Assembly (NCBI GenBank): GCA_964252035.1
Contig: OZ176205.1
Strand: one strand, 5' to 3'
Length of the DNA stretch: 64,000 bases
Origin: Podarcis erhardii
Taxonomy: Eukaryota
Made by a program: the position numbers and the translations under genes. Below the pieces are notes generated by a model that made no database searches, was not told where the DNA came from, and saw nothing but the letters and a program-made list of their open reading frames with translations. Below are positions 39,021 to 50,100 of the stretch, piece by piece (positions within the stretch are counted from its first letter, which is position 1; each line of letters starts with the position of its first letter).

Positions 39021-39374
39021 TCCAAATTCACCTGTGTTTTTAAAAAAATTAATTATACGACTGGTTCTGCCTTCACCCTACATAACTGGCTGGTTTTTGC
39101 ACTTGTGTTTTCTTTCCCCACCAGATAATGCAAATAGGGATGGTTCTCTTGAACCTGTGGTACCTCTCAAGTAAGAATCTAGTTTATTATAGGCATTCCT
39201 ATTAATTCCCCCGTAACCAGCTTCCGTGAAATGCTACACTTGTCCGCTCACGGGACTTTTGCCCAGGTAAAGCTGTGTACAATTGCAGCCTAGGAGGTGT
39301 TTTCAGATTTCCAGCTGATGTGCCTCCAGTGCCCGTAGCTACATCAGTTTGGAGATTAACAGTACTATCAGTAT

Positions 39375-39530
39375 GGCCATTGCTGAAGGTTGCAGGTTCA
39401 ATTCCCAGCATCTCCAGTTAGGGCTGGGAAAAATTCCCTGCCTGAAACCCTGGAGAGCTGAATCCGTGTAAACAATACTAAGCTAGATGAACCAATTGGT
39501 CTGATTCAATGCAAGGCAGTTTCCAGTGTT
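39375..39530 (+). mobile_element. Squamate SINE fragment
   Basis: GGTTCAATTCCCAGCATCTCCAG...CCTGAAACCCTGGAGAGCTG...GCAAGGCAGTTTCC. Confidence 0.65.
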
Positions 39531-40793
39531 CCCACTTACTACTGAAATGCTGTGGTGGAACCACTTATTTATGTTTTTTAAGCAGTTACTTGAAGAACCA
39601 TTATTTTTTACAGTATTGAATCGTACTGCCCAGTTTTTTAAAACAGCAATTTCTGCTCAACAGGAAAATACTAACCAGCTACCTACTTCAACAATTATGA
39701 CCATATAGATGTGATGGCAGTGCATATATTCACCTCCTATAAAACTCATCCAAAAGGTGTATAAAATGTCATCTAGTTTCCTCTACTGCTGTGAAATCCT
39801 GTAGTGGTAACTTTTAATGTTCATAACATCACAGCCTGTTTACACCAGGAGTGGAGAACTTTTCACAGCCCAATGCCCATTTTCCCTTCTGGGGCCACAT
39901 GGCAGCGGTAGGCAAAGCCAGAAGAAAAACTGGCAAATGTTACCTTTGTTGAACAGGCTAGTTTCTATACACACTCACACATCTCTCTGTCCAGACAAGG
40001 ATGATACATTCTCAGTTCAAGGCAGGCAAAACCCACAGCCAAGAGCCAATGAGCACCACATTTAGCCTAGCCTTCAGGCCAGGTTCACCCACTTTTGTTT
40101 TAATCCAGCGAGCTTTTCAAAATTTGTTTTTAATATCAGTAGTGTCCATGTCATGGAGTATTCAATGAACACAGAGGCTCACCAGGCAAGGGACCATGTC
40201 ACAGGGTGCATCATGACGCATTCTAGGCCGTGGCCCACTGAGATGATCCATGGTGCTGGTGCTAGGGGCAGCCCAAACAATTGACAAATTGATATTAGCA
40301 CTTTGCCTCCAACCATAATCTGATGTATGTTTGCAAAATATATTTCGGATGTTAGCGTCAAGCAGTTTGCTAACATGGATGTCAAAGAAACTTAGGTAGC
40401 TGACTGACATCAAGTCAGATTGTTTCTCCACCTAGCCCAGTATTGCTTTTGTATGTTGACTGGTAAACAACACACACAGGGTTTCAGGCAGAGGCTTTTC
40501 CAATTAAAAGGATCCAGTAGCAGAGGATTTGAGTTTCCAGGGGCTAAAGCTGGGACCTTCTGTACGCAAAACCCTGGCTCTATCACTGAGCTGCCATTCC
40601 TTCTTCAAAATTCTAGTTTGTCTCAGCAAATTAGTTGTTGAAAACCAGGGAGTAGATGAAAGGTAAGGAGGACAGTGTATTAGCTCATAACGGAAGCTCC
40701 TGATCAGAAAATCCCCCCTGCTAAATTGAGCTTTAGGAAAGTTGAAAGAAGTTTAATAAAATGGAAACCTTCTGAACAGTTGAAGAAAACAGA

Positions 40794-40799
40794 TTTATT
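40794..40799 (-). terminator. Probable ORC1 polyadenylation signal AATAAA
   Basis: TTTATT on the plus strand, about 130 nt downstream of the ORC1 stop. Confidence 0.6.
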
Positions 40800-40928
40800 T
40801 TAGAAGAATGCAATTACAAATGCTATAATACAAAGGTATATGAAAAGAAAATTCAAAACAAATTAAATAAACATGGAAGTTCAAGCTTTAATCACAATAC
40901 ATGTACCAATAACGAGTGCTCTGTTGCT

Positions 40929-41123
40929 TTAATCTTCTTTGAGGGCATACATGATATCGTCCTGGCTAACATTAAGTCGAACTCGCATGTGGATATATTT
41001 ACTATTAGAATCTGTTAGCAAGAGTCTATAGGCACTAAGCCGTGACACAACTGCCAGTGCATCTGATACAGTAGGAGTTTGCAGGCCTTCAATTCTACTC
41101 AATGCAACATGCTGATGAAATAT
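40929..41123 (-). CDS. ORC1: ORC1 last coding exon, winged helix ([14 protein letters not shown]...[18 protein letters not shown])
   Basis: 195 nt, TAA at 40929-40931. Confidence 0.97.
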   Translation of the reverse strand: MFHQHVALSRIEGLQTPTVSDALAVVSRLSAYRLLLTDSNSKYIHMRVRLNVSQDDIMYALKED

Positions 41124-44100
41124 CTAAAGAAACAAAAAAAGGGGAGGGGGACTTGGTTTATGAAAACACAGGAAGAATCAAAGCGAATAACTGATCTCCT
41201 TCCTTTCTTGGAAAAGTATGGAAACTAATGAGTTATATACAGTGGTACCTCGGGTTACAAACACCTCGGGTTACAGACTCCGCTAACCCAGAAGTAGTAC
41301 CTCGGGTTAAGAACTTTGCCCCAGGATGAGAACAGAAATGGTGTGTTAGCAGCAGGAGGCCCCATTAGCTAAAGTGGTACCTTGGGTTAAGAACGGTTTC
41401 AGGTTAAGAACAGACCTCCGGAACAAATTAAGTTTGTAATCAGAGGAACCACTGTATATAGTTATAGCTCAATAGTAGTAGAGCACATTTTCCCTATGCA
41501 TTTAATACTGAGGTTCAATGGTGAACAATTGCTAATAGAATTCAAACCAGTACCATTTTATTTTATACAACATTTGTTGTATATTCTGAACCACAAGTTT
41601 TTAAATAAGTTCCCCACACTGAGTCTGTGACTGCTTTATTATTACAGCCACCATCCAGTAAACTGACTTGTTTTCAACATCAATGATATATTTTGGAAAG
41701 TGGTTTGTCTGCCCATCCATCTGTTGTCAACAAGTTCACACACCTCTCAAGGTATTGCTACCAAACACAGCACAAGGATTTCCAAGATGGGGGTTGCAGT
41801 TGTCAATGTTTGGACACCAGATACCATTTTGAATCAAGATGGTGGACCAAAACATCACTTTGGCATGACTTTGCTCATGTTTTTTTGGCATAGGTTCAGC
41901 TGCCTCTGGCAATATCTTTGCCAAACTCGGCCACAGGGATTCCCAAGGTGGGGGTGCCAGACTTCATCGCTATTTGAATGCCAGGCACAATCTTGAATCA
42001 AGATGGCAGAACCAAATGCGATTTGCCTGATTTTTGGCATGGTGATCCACACTCACAAATCGATTATCCATTTAAATAGCACATTTCCCCCCCCCCCCAC
42101 TTCTATAAATTCCCACACAGTGCCAGGCACTCCCTGCTAGTATAAAACAAGTTTATGAGTTTAAATAAGGTAGCTGAACAGGAAGAGGTTTAAAAAAAGT
42201 GGCCTGGATATTCTTTTAATGTTATTGCTGGTTTGATTTCTGTAATTTTTCAATTTTACTGTACAATTGCAACATCTGAGCTTACCTTTTAGTATTATGG
42301 TTTTACGGTATTTGAAGCTTTGTGACTTACATTGTATATTGATGGTTGGAAGTCATTTTGAGAGTCCCCCCCCACCCCAAGAAGAGACATATAATATTTT
42401 AAACTAACGAAAGCAAAAAGCATGGAATTTTTTGTCTATGCATATATGTGAACTGTAGCCTACGTGTACAATAGGTTAAATTGCAATGACCTACATATGT
42501 GCATAGCAACAGTCAAAGGTGCACTCTTTGAATATAACTAAAGCATTCTGGCTGAGATAGTAAACAAATTCAACATGCAATATTTTTAGATTACCTGCTG
42601 AACTGTAGACTCTTCCAGTCCTGACCTGCGAAATTCTGCAATTGTTGCTTTTAGGAAAATTTGCTCATACAGTGAAGCGTTCCTGAAAGAGAACAAAAAG
42701 CCCCCAAAGCTTAATTAGTCATATATAAGATTTTACTGTGTAACAGATATAATTTGGCTTGAAAAGCAGTGTCTAAACCTCTGATGTAACGGTATTTGCT
42801 TCTAAAATATGTGTATACAGAAAGTTTAATTAACCATACGTCTGAAAGAACTACAAACACCCAGCATACAAAGGTTGTTTATTTTGTCAGAAGAGAACTT
42901 TCTGTAATTTGCAAAATTTTATTTTACAATTGCAATTCTCAGTGTCGCTCTATCCAAATAGAGAGAGCGCGCACCTGTATCCTAACATCCGAGCTTCCTA
43001 ATTCTGCCACTTTCAAAAACGTATCAAGCAGAAGCTGAAACAAGGATATGAGTTGTATACAGGTTAGCACAAACTGGTTTGACATGTTAGTACTGAACCA
43101 CTAAATTAGTTTTGCTATGCTAAAATTTTAGAACACAATTTGTGCTGTGGTAGCCATTAAATCAATCACTGGAATTTGCTTCAAATTAGATGCTATAGAA
43201 TAATGTGCTCCCCATACAGATGCAATCATTGTATAACAAGTTCATAGGTGGCTGCTACAGCATGATAATCAGAATTTGCTCTCTGGGACCTCAAGCAGAG
43301 AAGCTACACAGCTAATGTACTACTGTACATTACCGAATGGCATGTATATAAGGGGATGAGAACATTTCATCTATGGCTTCCATAATGTGTGCCATGCTGA
43401 CCAATCCACGGACACTTTTCTGATTAGGAAATTCACAGATCTCAGCGGCCCTTCTGCAGATATCAAGGCAACGTCTTGCATCACCAGATAAAGCTGCCAC
43501 CTAAAACAAAACAATAAAATTTTTAAACGACAAAGTTGTTGCAGTCTCACAAAGCATAGTGCAGTTTTTCAATGTTTCCTTCCGAAAAAGGTAATAATCC
43601 TTTCTCTGTCTTCCTGTCAGATCAGAGCAGATGCAGGAAGGGGGAGGAAGGAAGTAGATAACTCAATTAACTCTCCCCACCAGTTATTCCATCCTCCATT
43701 AACAGGCACTGCTGCCTCCTTACTTCTTTCCACATCTCTGTATGAGGCTTATAAATAGCCACCAGGAGGAGTCTGGGGCCTCCTCTTGACCCCACCCTCA
43801 CCGTACCCACCTGCAGCCAATCCGGGCTAATTACAGTTCAGGCGACTCACAAGAAAGCAGCTGGCTGAGCAACTTCTTTCCCACAACATTACATTTATTA
43901 TTGGATTCTTATTCTTTCTTCTTAAATCCCTTGGTTTTCCAGCCTCTTCCATTCACCCTTGTTAACTTTGCCTCTTTCACTCTTGTTGTAATGCCCTCAG
44001 TTGAAATTGTCAATCTCACTAGGAACAAGGAACTGCCTTTTTGCACATCTCATTTACGTGCAAAATAAAAATATACGCAGCCACTACTCAAATGACTTTT

Positions 44101-47100
44101 ATATGATTTTCTGGCCAACCACTGCTAGTCATTTCAAACACAGGCATTTAGAATTCAGACAAAATAGAAAATTCATGTTTGTTGCCCATGTGGTCTCTTT
44201 ATTTCTGGTGGTTTAATTTATTAAGGCCAGTGCTAATTGCCACCAGATTTTCAAATACAGTGGTACCTCTGGTTATGGACGCCTCGAGTTACGTTTTTTC
44301 GGGTTATGAACGTTTTTAACCCAGAAGTGAGTGTTCCGAGCTCTCGGAGGCCTCACCACTGCCTGGAGCCAAGCCCGGACATCCGCGGGGCCTACAGAGG
44401 CTCCACGATTGGGCTCCAGCCATGGGAGCTCTCGGAGGCCTCCGCAAAGGCCTGGAGCCAGGCCCTGACACCTGCAGGATGCCCAGGCCCACATCCCAGC
44501 TCCAAAGTTAGGTAAGGAACACTTACCTAACAAAGACCAAGAGCAGTGAAGCTGTTAAGAAAACAAAGATGAGCCTGGGCCAAAAAGCCCTTTACCAACC
44601 CTTGCCCCACCCCCAGCTGTAGCAAGGTGGGTGGCACCTAGCCAAGTAAGCCCACCTACCCTATGGGAGGGAGGAGTGGAAAATCTTGGGATTCTGCAAG
44701 GGATTTTGGGATTTGTTTATGTGAGTCTGCCCTGTGCCTTTGTCTCTGCTTTGCTCCTTCGTTTGGGGGACTTCTGGGGGACTCTGCCGTCTGCCATTGT
44801 TTTGGGGATCGTGTGGAGCCCAGTTCAGCTACTGGCTGATTGTGCGACTGCAGAAATGGATAAAAGCCCCCCATCCAAACAATGACTATCATTAGTGCAT
44901 GTAAGAAAAAAAATAAATGTTATTTTTTTTCATCTACAATGCTGTCTTATTTATTTTATTGTACGGTACACTGATTATTGCCTTCACTTTATGGATCAAT
45001 GGTCTTGTCAGATAATAAAATTCGTGTTAAATTGCTGTTTTAGGGGGTGTTTTTCATTGTCTGGAATGGATCAATCCACTTTTCCATTACTTTCAATGGG
45101 AAAGTGTGCTTCAGGTTAAGAATGCTTCAGGTTAGACACTTCTGCTTTTGAGATGAAGGCGTAAGCAGACACGCTGAGGAGCTCTGCAGCAAGAATGAAT
45201 TTAATTCTAAATTATATACTGGAAATGTGGGAGATTACAAGGGGTCAAAACCCCCAAATGTATTGTGCCATATTAGGAGCAAAAAAACTTGTCTTGATGA
45301 ATTGGAAGAGCCACAAAAAGATCCCATTGAGCACATGGATTGACAATATGGACAGACTAGTTACCTACGAACGAATCACATATTGACGCAAATTAAGAAA
45401 GGATAAATATGTAGAAATCTGGAAGGAATACTTAAGCGATAAGGCGGACAGTGGTGGGAAGTAGGGGGAGGAGAGGTGGGGAAATATTGTTAAAAAGGTG
45501 TAGTTATAGGTATATCAGTACTCAAATCTGAATTGTTAAATTGTGTTATTAGTGTTATTGTGGTTTTTGTTGTATATTTTTTCTGGTTGTTGTTTGTACT
45601 GTATTGAAAAAATGATTAAATAATAAAAAAAGAATGCTTCGGTTTAAGAACGAACTTCCGGAACCAATTAAGTATTTAACCTGAGGTACCACTGTATAAA
45701 AACAACATAGACATGCCTGTCCGTACACCCAAGTTTACCTTTCTAGAAACAAGCTGAATTGCATCCTCTTCAAATGCTTTCAAATGGGTCATCCTTGATG
45801 AGACAATCTGCTGTAACTGTTTATAGGTATATGGCTGGAAGGACATTCTGGTAAGACCCTACCAGTGAAGAAAACAGTGAACATTTAATTGCTGGTACAT
45901 CTCAAGAACTTGCTTAACACCCAAAAACATGTTTCTCCACTGTGAGCAGAGACGTTTCAGACTGAATTCTGACATTTAAGGTGACAGCCAACAGTGTTTT
46001 ATAGCCTGCTTGCAAAACAAGACTTCTGGTTGCATAGATGAGTTCTCCCCTATGCAGCCCCACCTCCACACCCCAAAAACTAGCTCCTAAGGGTTGGAAG
46101 AACCTCCAGAGCAGATGCTGGGGGTGAATGGAGGCTGCAGAGGGACCCCCTGCCATGTCCACTAGGCACAGCATTGGATCTCACTCTTATTGCTTGCCAC
46201 CTACCTTCCTACATGCAAGTGGCAGAAGCGATTCTTATCTTTACCATGTCTGACCATGGTATTCTGCTCACAAGACAAGAAAAGAGGCATATCCAAGTAC
46301 AAAGAAGTTATATCTTCATGGAACCAACAAAATACATAGCATGGCCAATTGTCAGGGGTGATGGGAGTCACAGGTTGTCCATTCCATAATATATAGATGG
46401 TCTTAATTCAGCTATCCAAATAAGACTGACAAACCCCCTGGCTGCTCCAGTGCGTGTGTTCAGACACAATTCTGGACATTTACTATAGTTAGGGAAATTA
46501 ATTTGTGCATCTGCTGCATGCTAGTACATGTAGCCTGAGTATTCATGCATCACTTCATCCTTCCTCCGAGTGATCAATGGTATCAGTTAATATCCAAGGA
46601 AATTTACCAACGCTCTGATCTCCGGACACAATAAAAAATTCTGCATAACCACAGCAGTAAAGCCGAAAATACATACCAGCCTGCTAGCTACTCTGTTCAT
46701 CATAATTCTCTCTGGCAAATCCATGGTGTTAGCAATGGCCAAGACAATCAGTTTGGCATCTTTCTTGGTTGGCCAGTCAAAGAGGTTGTACATCACATTC
46801 TGTTTTCGGGTCCACAGGAGATCAAGCTGGAACAAGGAAGAAGGGATGACAAAGTTACAAGCTCACATAAAATGGTCTACAAAATATGTGGGAAATCTGG
46901 TTTCAATCACAGGTTTGAACAGATTTATGTAACCTTGGGCAAGACTTGATCTGTTACAGATGGCCACATAAGGGGGATACAGAATAAAACACAGACATAG
47001 CCAGCATTTAAATGTACATTGTGTTGTTTTAAAAAATTAGCTCCCTTTACCTTCTCTACATATAGCTAAATGTACAAAATGGGGATGTTTCCTTTTTGTC

Positions 47101-50100
47101 AGCAATAAATTTGTCCTTGCAGAACAAACAACCTCATGGGTAGCTGAATCCCAAGGCTGCAATTAAGCCAGTTTCATGGTACAGATCAAAAAGGCAACAA
47201 TCCCCTAGTTTTGGAATACATATACATCAGGTTAAATTTATTTCTGATGCTATACAAATCCTAGCATTACCTCATCTACAACAAGTATTACGGTTTTCCT
47301 TTTAGGTCCTCGCTTGCAGAATGTCTTCTCCAGCAGCTCAGCAGCATGGACTGCAGTTGCCTTCTGGCCTGTCAGTAACTAAACACGATTAAAAAGATGC
47401 TGAAGTTACAACCCAGCAATAAGTAGTAACTCATTCTGTTTTACCAATAGCACAATCCTATACCAATAGCACAATCCTATCCATTTCATATGTGAAATCC
47501 AACTACTGTATCTTAAAACTGCAAGCTGTTTTTGGGGTGCCTTGGCAAAAAAGGCAGCATATAAATGCAATAAGGTAATGATAATGAAAAATGTTTTCGC
47601 AAGCAAGATGTAGAATGAGAGCAGTCTTCACCAACCTGGTGCCCTCTAGATGTTTTGGAGTGCCAGCTGGAACTGATGGGAGTTGTAGTCCAAAACATCT
47701 AAGGGCACCAGGTTGACAAAGGCTGAATTAGTGGGCTAGTAGTGATTGGAGTGCTTTTTCGGTGGAATTGTTTTAGCTCCCTCTTCTGCTCTGCAGAGGT
47801 AAGTCAAGCATAAGGCCCGTCTGCTTGAGCAGTTTCAGTTAAAAGACTTGGAAAATCTCTTCCCAAACATAACAAAACATGCACTCACGTTCAAGATCTG
47901 CACGTAGGCTTGATGGGGATCAGTCAACTTCATACCATTGATCTCTATACACTGGAAAGACGGTAACTCGTTGTTTTCGGCTGCCTGCTCAAGACAACGA
48001 ATGACCTCATGAACAGTTGCTGTTTTACCTGTTCCAGGAACCCCAGAAATGTACATGCACCTGAAACAGGAAGAGCACCTATGTTGTAAACATGTAAATC
48101 TGAAAGGCAGGGAGAATCCTGGATCCTATGTTCCTGATATAAATGTGGCCTTACTCTACATTAGCCCAGCTTTGCCTGCTAGGACTTTAACCAGCTCTTC
48201 AGCACCCTAGGCAGAAAATCTCTGAAACCTTTACTCAATCTATATAATACTATTATTAACTGAATATGCTGGAACTTGAACATGGGAGCATCTGCATATG
48301 AAACAGGTGCTCTGCCACTTTTCTGCACTGGACTTAATAAGCTCTCTTTTTCTCTCTCGATTAGCTCCTGAAGAACTTTGAAACAGGATGTGCTTATTTA
48401 ACCACTCCTAAAAGCCTTTTCATAAAGATGAAACTACATGCGGGTTCGAACCCACATCTTTTTAAAAGCATCTGCCTCTAAGCACAGTGCCACAAATAAG
48501 CTTTATTATAAATCTCGGAAACTGTTTACTTTTTGGGGGTGGGTGGGGACTGGCATGATCTCCACATTATTATTTTTTAAATGAAACCCAGGTGTTCACA
48601 AGCAGCTGTTATGCTTCTCACTCATTTGAGCTAATCCCGCTCCCTCCCACCTAAGACACTCACCCTCCTGTCCCATCAATGAGTTTGCTTTCTATAAAGT
48701 TATAGATATCCTGGAACTCCTTTTCACGGCAGGGCAAGGACTCTGGGACAGCAGATACATGCAGCCTGTTTAAAAGAAAACAAAAGGGCAAGAGGGTTAC
48801 CCAAGTGCCTTGTTACAAGCTTCTAAATCCCAGAAGAGGTAATGAATTCTTATCTAGATATGCAGAATACTCTAAAGAATGATTATTAGGGCCCGAGACT
48901 CAAAATTATAAAATGAAATTGAAACTGAATACTGAAACCAAGTTTTCAAAGACTTCTCAATCAAACATGAAACTAGGAAGAATGTGACGCGGAATACTAA
49001 GTATGTATCTATTTAAAAGAGAGAAACATGACTTGTACTGGAACCATAAATACCCTTTACACAACCCATCAAAAGTAATTCCCAGTTCTCCTCACTTGTT
49101 ACCTTATCCTAGCCTCTTCCAGCACATTGCCAGGCTTCTGTGTGGTTTGATTTCGGCTGCGGATTCTGGGGGTAGCATTACGTGGGGTCTTGGGGGTTCT
49201 CGGCTCAGGCTGCAGAGAAAACTCATATCCATAAATATCAGTGCTATTGTTTTGAATATCAGCCAGAGCACAACTGGTCTCAAAATTTGTATACACCAAA
49301 CATTTAAAGATATTAAGATCCCAAAATAGTAGGGATATACTTAGGTTTGCAACCAAACTTAAGGAGTTAGTTAAACAGGGAAGCAACAGATTGTTTGTTT
49401 GTTTGTTTGTTTGTTTGTTTAAAAATGGTATGAGATATTCTGGGCCTGTCCATATTGGAAAAAATATCACACCAAATGAAAACCCTATTGGATATGGCTT
49501 GTTCTTTTAATTTCCTAACTGTGCAATCCTATACGTGTCTCAACTCAGAAGTACTTAGTTCAATGGAGCTTATTTCCAGGTAAGAGGGGACTGCAGACTA
49601 ACTTACCGTTCATCACATTTACTAAGGTAATAATGCTCAGAATGGAGAACCAGTTAAACATAAACAGCTACCATATTTTTCGCCCGATAGGACGCAACGG
49701 CCCATAGGACACACCTAGTTTTTTGGGGGGGAAATAAAAATTTTTTTTCTTTCCCCCTAGGTGCGGGGCTGGGGAAGCCCGAGCTTCCCCCGACCCCAGC
49801 CCCCAGAACAGGCTGCGCGAAGCCCGAAGCTTCTGGGTACAGGCAAGGTCTCCGCTAGCCGTGGGAGAGCTGCATCTCCCACGGCTAGCGGATAGCTTCC
49901 TGAAGCCTGGAGAGCAAGAGGGGTCAGTGCGCACCGACCCCCCTCGCTCTCCAGGCTTCAGCGAAAGCCTGCATTCGCCCCATAGGATGCACACACATTT
50001 CCCCTTCATTTTTGGAGGGGAAAAAGTGCGTCCTATAGGGCGAAAAATATGGTATATATTTATTTTAAATAGGATGCTTTTCTTTCTTCTCTGTTTTCTA

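Noticed and set aside
45195-45386. Host small protein
   Set aside because: C-terminus of L1 ORF2 with an in-frame stop.
47442-47479. Perfect 19-bp tandem duplication TACCAATAGCACAATCCTA
   Set aside because: Real, but most simply a slippage event in an intron with no sign of function.
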